A stretch of 27,314 nucleotides of DNA. It comes from an uncultured Planctomycetaceae bacterium (GTDB lineage: Bacteria; Planctomycetota; Phycisphaerae; UBA1845; UTPLA1). The stretch lies in NCBI GenBank assembly GCA_964393935.1, contig CAYMXF010000007.1, forward strand, positions 1 to 27,314, in the 5' to 3' direction. A program made the translations under genes and the position numbers. This document shows, piece after piece, positions 1-9,205 of the stretch. The first letter of the stretch is position 1, and every line of letters starts with the position of its first letter. Below the pieces are notes generated by a model, which was not told where the DNA came from, ran no database searches, and worked only from the letters and a program-made list of their open reading frames with translations.

Positions 1-986
1 CCCACGTCCCGAAGCCAAGCGTGCTCAGGGCCGATCCCAGGGTAGTCGAGGCCGGCCGAGATTGAGTGTGCCTCCTTGATCTGCCCGTCGCCGTCCTGAA
101 GCAGGTAGGTGCGGTTGCCGTGCAGCACGCCCGGGCGGCCAGCGTTGAGGCTGGCGGCGTGGCGTCCGGTCGCGATGCCCTCGCCTGCCGCCTCGACGCC
201 AACGATGCGTACCGCGGGCTCGTCGAGAAACGGGAAGAACAGGCCGATCGCGTTTGAGCCGCCGCCGACGCAGGCGACCAGCGAATCGGGCAACCGCCCT
301 TCCGCCGCCATGATCTGCGTCCGGGTTTCCTCGCCGATTACGCATTGGAAATTGCGTACCATGGTCGGATAGGGATGTGGGCCGGCAGCCGTGCCAATCA
401 GATAATAGGTGTCGCGCACGTTGGCGACCCAGTCGCGCAAGCCCTCGTTCATCGCGTCCTTGAGGGTCGCCGAGCCGGCGGTGACCGGGCGGACCTCGGC
501 ACCCAGCATCTTCATACGGAAAACGTTGGGCGCCTGGCGCTCGACGTCGACCACGCCCATGTAGACCACGCACGGAATGTCGAACAGCGCGCACACGGTC
601 GCGACCGCGACCCCATGTTGACCGGCGCCGGTCTCGGCGATCACCCGGGTCTTGCCCATGCGACGCGCGAGCAGGATCTGGCCGATGCACGAATTGATCT
701 TGTGCGCGCCGGTGTGGTTGAGGTCTTCGCGCTTGATGTAGATCTTGGCGCCGCCGCAGTGCTCGGACAGGCGCCGGGCAAAGTAAAGGGGGCTCGGCCG
801 GCCGATGTAGTGCTTGTAGTAGTACTCCTTCTCGGCCAGGAACTCGGGGTCGTCCTTGTAGCGCAGATACGCTTTCTCGACCTCGAGGATCAGCGGCATC
901 AGCGTCTCGGCGACGTAGCGACCGCCGTAGATGCCGAAGTGCCCGCGCTCGTCGGCGCCGCCGCGGTAGGTGTTGAGCTTGTTCAT
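1..986 (-). CDS. trpB: Tryptophan synthase beta subunit (partial; 3' end runs off the window)
   Basis: Not in the ORF track because it has no stop inside the window. Manual minus-strand translation from ATG at 986 gives [31 protein letters not shown]...[14 protein letters not shown] (PLP lysine motif)...[12 protein letters not shown], the TrpB signature. Confidence 0.97.
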   Translation of the reverse strand, partial: MNKLNTYRGGADERGHFGIYGGRYVAETLMPLILEVEKAYLRYKDDPEFLAEKEYYYKHYIGRPSPLYFARRLSEHCGGAKIYIKREDLNHTGAHKINSCIGQILLARRMGKTRVIAETGAGQHGVAVATVCALFDIPCVVYMGVVDVERQAPNVFRMKMLGAEVRPVTAGSATLKDAMNEGLRDWVANVRDTYYLIGTAAGPHPYPTMVRNFQCVIGEETRTQIMAAEGRLPDSLVACVGGGSNAIGLFFPFLDEPAVRIVGVEAAGEGIATGRHAASLNAGRPGVLHGNRTYLLQDGDGQIKEAHSISAGLDYPGIGPEHAWLRDV

Positions 987-1178
987 CCCGCGCTTCACGG
1001 CAATAATCGATATTTCCCAGATGAACGCTTCATTGGTCCACGTTCACTGGCAGAATAGCTTGCGCGACCGCCTGCGGGAAGCCCCGAAGCGCCAAGCCTT
1101 TCGCGGGTCTTCCGGATCGGGGACCGTTCACACGTCACCTCGCCAGGCCCCTGCGTGGGCGCGCGATACCGCCAGCGG

Positions 1179-2343
1179 CTAGCATAGAGGCACCGTCGCG
1201 AGGGAAAATGCGCCGAGGGTCATGAACACTATCGGAAGCTCAAAACCGCCTCCCTCAATATGCCGTATGCCAGCGGCGCTGACGCGCCGGCCGAAATTGT
1301 CAGCGTTTAGGCAGAGTCCGAATGCGTGCGAATGTCGCTCCGGGGCAACGAAATCGGCAGTGGTCGAGTACAGCACCGAGGATGTGCCGTTAAGCGTCAC
1401 GCCGACCAGCGGCAGCAGGACGAGGGCGGGTATCAGCGGAAGAAAATGGAGCGCGATGATAGTCACTCCGGTCGCCAGTTCGGTCACCACCATGCGGATC
1501 ACTCCCAAGCGCTCGGCCAGGAACCCGCAGGCGAGCTTGCCGGCCGCCCCACCGATGAACAGCAGCGCCATGGCGAATCCGATGATATCGGCCGCGGCGC
1601 CCTTGGCGATCAACAGGAACGGCACGAAAGTGAAAACCGCCGCGCGGACCGTGTCGCCGACAACACCGATTGCCGCCAGCGCCGAGAAGCCGCGGCGATT
1701 CCGGATGCCCCAATTCGCGGTCGAACTCCGGATGTCGCCGCCGTCTGCTGCGGGCGCGGCCGCTGGATGGGGCCCGCCGGAACGAAGCCTGAGGAGGATG
1801 AGCCACAGGCCGACGGCGGCGGCCACGCACAGCGCGCCGACGCCAACGACGCTCGCACGCCAGCCGAAGGCGTTGATCATCAGTCCAACCAGCGCCGGGA
1901 TCGCCGCCTTGCCGATGTCGCCCGCGAAATTGTAGGTACCGAGGGCCGCGCGGTACGAACCCTGGGAATATGCTGTCGCCACCAGCGACGAGGCAAGAGG
2001 GTGTTGCGCGTCCGAGGCGGCCCCGGCGACCAGCAGGCAGACCAGCTACGCGATGAACCCCCGCTCCACCCCATCAACTCGAAGCCGAGGCCCATGATCG
2101 CAGTGCCAAGAGCGAGCAGCCCGCGTTCGCCGATGTGCTCGGCAAGCATACCCATCGGCAACTGAAGCCCGCCATCGCCAGCGAATACGTAGTCTTAAGG
2201 GAACCAACCTGCGACATGGAGAAATTGAAGCCCGGCGCCCAGAACGGCAGCAGCATGTAGATCGAACTGTAGCACCCGTGGTGCACCGCATGGGCTGCGG
2301 CGCAGGTCAAAAGTAGCCCGCGGGCATGCGGTCGCGGCGTCAT
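1179..2343 (-). pseudogene. MFS transporter (Fsr-like) pseudogene
   Basis: One hydrophobic MFS protein is split across ORFs 2074..2361, 1880..2161 and 1179..1982. Frameshifts near 2164 (GF/QLPMG) and at the C-run 2058-2062, plus an in-frame TAG at 2046-2048 (GFIA*LVCLLVAGAASDAQHPLASSLV). A further shifted-frame segment near 1229-1310 reads TLTISAGASAPLAYGIL. Confidence 0.88.
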
Positions 2344-2381
2344 GGCGGATCGATGCGGCATCCGTGGCGCATTCTACCGGC

Positions 2382-3692
2382 TCACAGGCTGCGAATCACC
2401 TTGCGCAGGATGTCGCACATCTCGTCGACATGCCGTTTCTCGGCAATGAAGGCGGGCGCGACCACGACGGTATCGCCCGGGGCACGAACCAGAAGCCCGG
2501 CCTCGAACGCTTTGCTCAACGCCTCGTGACCGCGCGCCCCAACCTTGTCGGCAGGTGCGAGCTCGATGCCGGCGAGCAGGCCATAGCCGCGGATGTCGTA
2601 GACGATCGGAATGTCGCGCAGGGCGTGTACCTGCTTGAGGAAGTAGGGCGTCAGCTCCTCGGCACGCTCGAACAGGGCGTCCCGCGCGAAGATCTCCAGT
2701 GTTGCGAGCGCGGCGGCACAGGCGACCGGCGAGGCCGAATGGGTGTAGCCGTGAAAAAACTCGATCGACTCCGCCGAGGCGGCGTTGGTGATTGTTTCGT
2801 AGATCTGGTCGCGAACCGCGACCGCGGACATCGGCACGGTGCCGTTGGTTATGGCCTTGGCCATGGTCATGATGTCGGGCGTGACCCCGAAGCTCTGCGC
2901 CGCGAACGCCTTGCCCGTCCGGCCGAACCCAGTTCCGACCTCGTCGAACACGAGCACGATGCCGGTCGCGTCGCAGATCTTGCGGATCCTCTCGAGATAG
3001 CCCTTGGGCGACACCAGCACGCCGGTCGATCCGGCGATCGGCTCGATGAACACGGCCGCGATGCTGTCCGCGCCGAAGGTATCGACGGCGCGCTGCAGGT
3101 CGTCGGCCAGCTCGGCACCGGTCTCGGGTTGGCCGATTGAGAACCTCTGCTCCGGAGTCCAGGTGTGGCGAATGTGGATCACGCCCGGGAGCCCGATTCC
3201 AAAGGTGCGCCGGTTGCGCACCATGCCGCTGATCGACAGCCCGCCGAAGTTGACGCCGTGATAGGCGCGCTCGCGGCCGACGAAGCGCGTGCGTTGCGGC
3301 TCCCCGCGGGCGTGGTGGTAGGCGAGGCAAATCTTCATCGCCGAATCCGTTGCCTCTGAGCCGGAGCACGCGAAGAAGACATGATCGATCGAATCCGGCG
3401 CGAGGCCGGCAATCCGGCGTGCGAGCTCGTAGGATGACGGGTGGCCGAAGGAGAAATGGGGGACGTAGTCCGCCTCCTGCAACTGCTTGAGGATGGCGGT
3501 CTCGATCTCCTTCCGCTTGTGGCCGGCGGAGACGCAGAACAAGCCCGAGCAGCCGTCCATGACGCGCCGCCCGCCCTGGTCCCAGTAGTACATGCCGTCG
3601 GCGCGGATGATCAGCCGCGGATTAGCCTTGAAGCTGCGGTTGGCGGTGAACGGCATCCAGTGGTGTTCGAGCGAATTGGCGAGCTTATGCAT
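2382..3692 (-). CDS. Class III PLP omega-amino acid:pyruvate aminotransferase (beta-alanine/omega-TA type)
   Basis: HWMPFTANR N-terminus, DGCSGLFCV, AYHG, FIEPIAGSTG, FDEVGTGFGRTG, PDIMTMAK (PLP lysine), HGYTHS. GGAGAG RBS upstream. Confidence 0.92.
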   Translation of the reverse strand: MHKLANSLEHHWMPFTANRSFKANPRLIIRADGMYYWDQGGRRVMDGCSGLFCVSAGHKRKEIETAILKQLQEADYVPHFSFGHPSSYELARRIAGLAPDSIDHVFFACSGSEATDSAMKICLAYHHARGEPQRTRFVGRERAYHGVNFGGLSISGMVRNRRTFGIGLPGVIHIRHTWTPEQRFSIGQPETGAELADDLQRAVDTFGADSIAAVFIEPIAGSTGVLVSPKGYLERIRKICDATGIVLVFDEVGTGFGRTGKAFAAQSFGVTPDIMTMAKAITNGTVPMSAVAVRDQIYETITNAASAESIEFFHGYTHSASPVACAAALATLEIFARDALFERAEELTPYFLKQVHALRDIPIVYDIRGYGLLAGIELAPADKVGARGHEALSKAFEAGLLVRAPGDTVVVAPAFIAEKRHVDEMCDILRKVIRSL

Positions 3693-3731
3693 GCCGGCGC
3701 CCTCTCCTGCCCGTCGCTGACCCGATCGGCG

Positions 3732-4706
3732 TCATACGCGGACCGCGCGGACGGCTTGGGCAATCGCTTCCTCGTTCGGCACCACGACCGCCTCGAGGGA
3801 GGGGCTGACCGGAGCCGGTGCCTCCGCGCCGCCGACTCGCTTGATCGGCCCCTTGAGGTACTTGAACGCCAGATCGGCCAGGACCGCCGCGATTTCGCCC
3901 CCCACCCCACCGATCACGTTGGCTTCGTGGACGATGACGGCGCGACCAGTCTTCCTAACCGAACTCACGAGGGTCTTCACGTCGAGGGGTTTGATGGTCC
4001 TGGGATCGACCACCTCGATCGAGATTCCTTCCGCGGCCAGCTTCTCGGCGACCGCGATGGCACGCGGCACCATCGCCCCGAGCGCGATGATCGTCACGTC
4101 CGTTCCTTGGCGCTTCACGTCGGCAACGCCCAAGGGGATCACGTATTCGGTCTCCGGCACGGAACCTTTAAGCGAATAGACCCCTTTCGGCTCGTAAAAG
4201 ATGACGGGGTTGTCGTCGCGCACGGCGGATTTGAGCAAGCCTTTGACGTCGTAGGGGGTCGAGGGCATCACAACCTTGAGACCCGGAAAGTGATTGAAGA
4301 TCGCCTCATTGCTTTGCGACTGCTGTGGCCCGCCGCCGCGGCGGAAACCCGACCAGACACGGCAGACCAGGGGAACTGAAGACTTTCCATCGTAGAAGTA
4401 ATTCATCTTGGCTGCCGTGTTTGCGATCTGATCCATCGCCACCAGGATAACATCGGCCAGCCCGAGCTCGAGGATCGGCCGGAATCCCTTAAGCGCGGCG
4501 CCGACTGCGGCGCCGACGAAGCCACACTCGGAGATCGGGGTTTCGAGAACCCGCTCCGCGCCGAACTCGTCGATAATCCCGATGGTTGTGCCGGTGAGGC
4601 CCCCGAAGCTGCCGACGTCCTCCCCCAACAGGATGACTTTCGGGTCGCGGCGCATCTCTTCGATCATGGCCTCGCGGATCGCGTCTTGGTAGCTGAGGAT
4701 CTTCAT
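3732..4706 (-). CDS. ThDP-dependent 2-oxoacid/acetoin dehydrogenase E1 beta subunit, copy 2 (divergent)
   Basis: LLGEDVG, ETPISECGFVG, DQIANTAAK, VVMPSTPYDVKGLL, DDNPVIFYE, IEVVDPRTIKPLD. PQQSQ stands where the family has xQHSQ. Confidence 0.92.
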   Translation of the reverse strand: MKILSYQDAIREAMIEEMRRDPKVILLGEDVGSFGGLTGTTIGIIDEFGAERVLETPISECGFVGAAVGAALKGFRPILELGLADVILVAMDQIANTAAKMNYFYDGKSSVPLVCRVWSGFRRGGGPQQSQSNEAIFNHFPGLKVVMPSTPYDVKGLLKSAVRDDNPVIFYEPKGVYSLKGSVPETEYVIPLGVADVKRQGTDVTIIALGAMVPRAIAVAEKLAAEGISIEVVDPRTIKPLDVKTLVSSVRKTGRAVIVHEANVIGGVGGEIAAVLADLAFKYLKGPIKRVGGAEAPAPVSPSLEAVVVPNEEAIAQAVRAVRV

Positions 4707-4731
4707 CGGGTGGACTCCGTCCTTCGGCGTT

Positions 4732-5733
4732 TCAGCGATAGACGTTCTCGAGGGCGACCGCGCCCGGGGCGTATGGCGCTGTTTCAGCGAAGTCGACCGC
4801 CGCTCTGACCTCGCTTTGGGCTTCCTTGTCCCACTGCGCCAGCTGGCTCTCGGTCGCGTGCTTGCCCGCGAGCAGGGTCGCTTTGAGCCGAAAGATCGGG
4901 CAACGCGCCTTCCAGCTCGCTATCTCCTCCGGGGTGCGGGCGAATTCGCGCGTCCCGGCGGTCGAATGCGGAGTCCAGCGGTAGGTCTCGCACTCGATCA
5001 ACGTCGGCCCCTCGCCGCGGCGCGCGCGCGCGATCGCTTCTTGCGTCGCGTGATAGACCTTGACCGCGTCGTTGCCATCGACCAGCGGACCAGGAATGCC
5101 GTAGGCGCCGGCGCGGGCGCGAATGCTGCCCCCGGCAGTCGAGGCGGAAACCGGCATCGACTTAGCGTAGAAGTTGTTCTCGCAGAAAAACACGATCGGA
5201 AGCTTCCAGATCGTGGCGAGATTGATGCCCTCGTGGAAGTCGCCACGGTTCACCGCGCCGTCACCAAAGAATGAGATGACGACGTCCGGCTTCTTCTCGA
5301 GCTTGGTTGCCAGCGCGGCGCCGACCGCAAGCGGAATCACCGACCCGACCATCGAGGTGCCGGCAAGGATGCCGAGGTCGGGCGCGCACATGTGATAGAT
5401 CGGAATGCGCCCGCGGGTCGGCGAGTCGGCCTTGGCGTAAAGACCGGCCATGACGTCACGGACCGATATCCCGCGGGCAATAAGCACCCCGAGGCCGCGG
5501 TGCGTGATCATGGTCATGTCGGTCTTAGTGAGGCCGTGGCAGACCCCCGCCGGGATCGCTTCCTGTCCCATGCCGCCATGATAATTGGCGTACTTCCCGG
5601 TTTGGGCGAGTTCGAACGAGACCTCTTCGAATCGCCGGATCAAGACCATCCGGCGGTAGATGGCGACCAGATCCGCGAGCGAGAGAGCGGGCACGGGCTG
5701 TTCCCGCGGCTGGACCTTCGGTGGCGTGCTCAT
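4732..5733 (-). CDS. ThDP-dependent dehydrogenase E1 alpha subunit, copy 2 (divergent)
   Basis: GMGQEA, THRG, GDGAVNRGDFHEGINLATIWKLPIVFFCENN (ThDP/Mg motif), VDGND, GEGPTLIECETYR. Confidence 0.92.
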   Translation of the reverse strand: MSTPPKVQPREQPVPALSLADLVAIYRRMVLIRRFEEVSFELAQTGKYANYHGGMGQEAIPAGVCHGLTKTDMTMITHRGLGVLIARGISVRDVMAGLYAKADSPTRGRIPIYHMCAPDLGILAGTSMVGSVIPLAVGAALATKLEKKPDVVISFFGDGAVNRGDFHEGINLATIWKLPIVFFCENNFYAKSMPVSASTAGGSIRARAGAYGIPGPLVDGNDAVKVYHATQEAIARARRGEGPTLIECETYRWTPHSTAGTREFARTPEEIASWKARCPIFRLKATLLAGKHATESQLAQWDKEAQSEVRAAVDFAETAPYAPGAVALENVYR

Positions 5734-5751
5734 GTTGGGCTCCTCGCGGTT

Positions 5752-6783
5752 CTAGAATTCGCACCCGGCGGCGGGACCCCGGGTCGCGTCCCCGAGGTGC
5801 GGCGTTTGGGGCAGCACCAGCCGGCGCACCGCGTCGGCCAGGATTTTCTGCGGCCGCAGATATACGGACTCCAGCGTCAGGCCGCTTGGGACCGGGATAT
5901 CGGGTGCTGCGACCCGAACCGGCGGTGCGTCCAGCCAGTCGAACGCCTTTTCGACCGCGCGGGCGACGATCTCGGCGCCGAAGCCTGCAGACATGCACGC
6001 CTCGTGACAGACAACTAGGCGCCCGGTCTTCTCGATCGCGCCGATCACGGTGGCGTCGTCGAACGGCACCAGCGTACGCGGATCGACAACCTGACATTCA
6101 ATCCCTTCCGCCGCCAACTCGTCGGCCGCCGCGAGCGCCCAGTGGAGCGCGCGTGACCACGCAACGATGGTGACATCCTTGCCCTCCCGGCGGATCGCGG
6201 CGCGGCCGAGAGGAATGCGATGGTCGCCGTCGGGAACCTCGCCCTTCATCGTGTAAAGCAGCTTGTGCTCCATGAAGACGACCGGATCGTCGTCCTCGAC
6301 CGCGGACAGCAGCAGCCCCTTGGCGTCGGCAGGAGTCGCGGGCATGGCCACCTTCAGGCCTGGGATGTGGGCAAACCACGCCTCGAGGCTTTGCGAATGG
6401 TGCACGCCGTAGCCGAGGCCCGCGCCGCACGTCATGCGTAACACCATCGGCACCGCGGCGCGGCCGCCAGAAGCGTAGCGGAACTTGGCCGCCTGATTGA
6501 AGATCTGATCCCAGCAGGTGCCGACGAAATCGACGAATCCGATCTCCAGGATCGGCCGTGCGCCGACCAAGGCCGCGCCGACGCTCGCGCCGGTGATGGC
6601 GGCCTCCGAGATCGGCGTGTCAAGAACACGGCGAGAACCGAATTCGTCGATCAAACCCTTGGTCACACGGTAGATGCCGCCGTACCGGCCAATGTCCTCG
6701 CCAATCGCGAACACGCGCCGGTCCGAGCTGAGCGCGATCCGGTGCGCGTCGTTCAGAGCCTGGGCGTAGGTCATGACCGTCAT
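5752..6783 (-). CDS. ThDP-dependent dehydrogenase E1 beta subunit, copy 1 (AcoB/PdhB-like)
   Basis: IGEDIG, LDTPISEAAITG, DQIFNQAAK, GVHHSQSLEAW, DDPVVFMEHK. Start overlaps the alpha-1 stop (ATGA, 6780-6783). Confidence 0.93.
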   Translation of the reverse strand: MTVMTYAQALNDAHRIALSSDRRVFAIGEDIGRYGGIYRVTKGLIDEFGSRRVLDTPISEAAITGASVGAALVGARPILEIGFVDFVGTCWDQIFNQAAKFRYASGGRAAVPMVLRMTCGAGLGYGVHHSQSLEAWFAHIPGLKVAMPATPADAKGLLLSAVEDDDPVVFMEHKLLYTMKGEVPDGDHRIPLGRAAIRREGKDVTIVAWSRALHWALAAADELAAEGIECQVVDPRTLVPFDDATVIGAIEKTGRLVVCHEACMSAGFGAEIVARAVEKAFDWLDAPPVRVAAPDIPVPSGLTLESVYLRPQKILADAVRRLVLPQTPHLGDATRGPAAGCEF

Positions 6784-7799
6784 GACGCGGCGGGCCTCGC
6801 GCGGGCGGCCGTGGCCTTGGCGAAGACGTCTTCGAGCGCGGCCTCGGGCGGTGGATAGGGGCTACGCAAGGCGAATGCGGTCGCTTCGCGCACGATCTCG
6901 GCGGTCTGTGCCTTGATACAATCGAGCGCCGGTTGGTCGAGCATCTGGCGGTCGAAGAGCACCTTCTCAAGCCGCTGGATCGGGTCCTTGCTCTTCCACG
7001 CCGCGACCTCCTCTTTCGGCCGGTAGGATTTCGGGTCGCCCTCATAGTGACCGGAAATCCGATAGGTCTTGCACTCGATCAAGGTCGGGCCCTGCCCGGC
7101 GCGGGCCGCGGCGACGGCGGCGGAGGCGGCCTGGTAGACAGCGATCACGTCGTTACCGTCGACGATCTGGGCGGGGATCCGGTAGGCGGCCCCGCGTTCG
7201 GCCACGTGCTCGATCTTCTGCTGGTCGCGGGTGCTGATCGAGATGCCGTACTCGTTGTTCTCGCACACGAACACCACCGGCAGGTCCCAGATCGCGGCGA
7301 GGTTGAGGGATTCGTGAAAGGTGCCCTGGTTGTTCGCACCGTCGCCAAAAATGCACACGGTCACCCAATCGCCCTCCAGGATCCGCTGGCCGAGCGCCGC
7401 GCCGACCGCAAGCGGCAGGCCGGCGCCGACCACGCCGTTGGCGCCGAGGAACCCGACGTCGAGATCAATCAGGTGCATCGAGCCGCCTTTGCCGTGACAG
7501 CAGCCGGTTTGCTTCCCACACAGCTCTGCCAAGAGGGCCCGCGGCTGCCCACCCTTGGCCAGGAAATGGCCGTGGCCGCGATGCGTGCTGGTGATCTTGT
7601 CCTGGGGTTGCAGGGCGGCGCACACCCCGACCGCGACCGCTTCCTCGCCGATCCCGAGGTGGATTAGGCCGGTAATTTGTCCGCGTTTGCACAGCCGGCC
7701 GACCTCGTGGTCGCAGGCGCGCAGGAGATGCATGTTCGCGAGCATCTTAAGGATGGTCTCGCGCGGCGGTAATTCGGACTCTGGGATCGGGGTGGTCAT
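6780..7799 (-). CDS. ThDP-dependent dehydrogenase E1 alpha subunit, copy 1 (AcoA-like)
   Basis: HLGIGEEA, TSTHRGHGH, GKGGSMH, GANGVVG, GDGANNQGTFHESLNLAAIWDLPVVFVCENN, TYRISGHYEGDP. Confidence 0.94.
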   Translation of the reverse strand: MTTPIPESELPPRETILKMLANMHLLRACDHEVGRLCKRGQITGLIHLGIGEEAVAVGVCAALQPQDKITSTHRGHGHFLAKGGQPRALLAELCGKQTGCCHGKGGSMHLIDLDVGFLGANGVVGAGLPLAVGAALGQRILEGDWVTVCIFGDGANNQGTFHESLNLAAIWDLPVVFVCENNEYGISISTRDQQKIEHVAERGAAYRIPAQIVDGNDVIAVYQAASAAVAAARAGQGPTLIECKTYRISGHYEGDPKSYRPKEEVAAWKSKDPIQRLEKVLFDRQMLDQPALDCIKAQTAEIVREATAFALRSPYPPPEAALEDVFAKATAARARPAAS

Positions 7800-7953
7800 G
7801 GTCTCGGTCTCTCAATCGTCCGAACTGCCTCCGTGCTAGTTGTTGCTGCCCTCAAACATCGGCCGGCCGCGGTCAACGGGCCAACCGGCGGGCATTCCGG
7901 TCGATCCCCGGCGCACGTCCCCGGGTCTGCGAAAGTGACCGAAAACGAGTGAT

Positions 7954-8005
7954 TTTGATCGATCAAACAGATTGAATAAGAACATTTTGAAACAATATAT
8001 GTCAA
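7954..8005 (-). promoter_or_regulatory. Putative promoter/operator of the E1-E1-omegaTA operon
   Basis: AT-rich island. Perfect 14-bp palindrome TTTGATCGATCAAA at 7954-7967; minus-strand TTGACA at 8000-8005; TCAAAAT elements. Confidence 0.6.
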
Positions 8006-8284
8006 CCAGATTCGGTAACGATTGCCACGCGGGCGATACTCGCAGTTCTCTCGGCCAAACTTGGTATTCCACAAAACCGCCTGTTTCAGGTTTGTGGCGG
8101 TGCCATGTCATGTTTTAATTTGTTCACATATGATATGAAGCGTGCTAAATTGTTTAACTGCGCCCGCCGAATGCGTGGAACGGATCTCGTTTGGTTGCCG
8201 CCCGGACCGGCCCCAGGCTACGAATCTCGTCCGTGCCACGGCAGGTTCAATCGTGCCAAACCCGAACTGATCAGGACGTATCCC

Positions 8285-9055
8285 GTGATCCAGGCCGCCC
8301 GTCACAAGGAAATCCGCGACATCCTCGACCGCCAGGGCGTGGTGTCAATCTCGGACCTGGCGCGGAAGTTCAGGAAGTGCCCGATCACCATCCGGCGCGA
8401 CTTTTTGATCCTCGAAAGGCAGGGCGTGCTGGTCCGTACACATGGCGGCGCCACGACAACGCCCGATCTTGCCACAGAACCGCCACCCTACGATATCCGG
8501 GAGCGGCTCCACGCCAAGGAGAAGGCTTCGATCGCCAAGAAGGCGGCTGAGTTCATCGCCGAGGGCGATACGCTAATCATCAACGCCGGAACGACGATGC
8601 ACAGGTTGGCGCGCAGTTTGCGCCAGCGGAAGAACCTTCAGGTCGTCACCAACGGCTTGACGGTGGCGATGGAACTCGGCCATTCGCCTGGCACGCAGGT
8701 TCTCATGATCGGGGGCATGGTCGATTTCAAGAAGCTCGGCACCGTCGGACCGCTCGCCGAAGAAACCATCACCAACATGCGCGTCACCAAGGCCTTTCTT
8801 GGGGTGACCGGCGTGTCCCTGGACCATGGCCTGTTCATGCACAGCCCGATGGAAGCCCAGATCAACGCTCTGTTCGTCAAGGCCGCCCGCGAAGTCACCG
8901 TGGTCGTCGATTCAAGCAAGTTCGAGGCGGGAACCTTGTTCCGAGTCGCGCCACTCGACACGATCGATCGGATCATCACCGACAGCCAGATCCAGCCGGA
9001 AACTCGCCGCGCGCTCGACAAAATGGGACTGGAAGTCGTGATCGTCCCGGCGTAG
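8285..9055 (+). CDS. DeoR/GlpR family transcriptional regulator (copy 1)
   Basis: Likely start is GTG 8285, not 8105. IQAARHKEIRDIL...TIRRDF..LE..G...RTHGGA wHTH; INAGTT, VVTNG, GG...GTVGP, KAFLG, DSSKF sensor domain. Divergent from the E1 operon. Confidence 0.93.
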   Translation: MIQAARHKEIRDILDRQGVVSISDLARKFRKCPITIRRDFLILERQGVLVRTHGGATTTPDLATEPPPYDIRERLHAKEKASIAKKAAEFIAEGDTLIINAGTTMHRLARSLRQRKNLQVVTNGLTVAMELGHSPGTQVLMIGGMVDFKKLGTVGPLAEETITNMRVTKAFLGVTGVSLDHGLFMHSPMEAQINALFVKAAREVTVVVDSSKFEAGTLFRVAPLDTIDRIITDSQIQPETRRALDKMGLEVVIVPA

Positions 9056-9205
9056 CACGCCTTCCTGGATGATCATCGCCCCTCGCACCGCCTACAATCT
9101 ACCCTGAACCGGCCCTTCACGACGTACGCTGCAAGGCTGCCGAGACCGCGGTGCGGTTTCTTGGGCCGCAGTGAGCTTCGTAAGCGCATTGTCTGACGGG
9201 GCGAC

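Noticed and set aside
25-1058. ORF-track entries 25..690 (-) and 345..1058 (+)
   Set aside because: Alternate-frame and antisense shadows of trpB, which is the clear coding frame.
987-1178. trp attenuator leader peptide
   Set aside because: No short ORF with a start codon and tandem Trp codons, and no terminator with a T tract.
2382-3692. Calling this gene phnW or pbfA
   Set aside because: PhnW is class V, while this is class III. The N-terminal HWMPFTANR is the beta-alanine/omega-TA type, and I cannot support PbfA orthology by eye.
8069-8097. Bulged hairpin CCACAAA...TTTGTGG
   Set aside because: Imperfect, with no T tract and no second copy; no function can be supported.
8106-8128. Possible Pho box (TGTCAT...)
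   Set aside because: No second half-site at 11-bp spacing. I saw no convincing PhoB box upstream of the transporter either.
8105-8284. Longest-ORF N-terminal extensions (8105, also 12397, 19199, 21909)
   Set aside because: They run through AT-rich promoter DNA. Family homology begins at 8285, 12169, 19097 and 21714.
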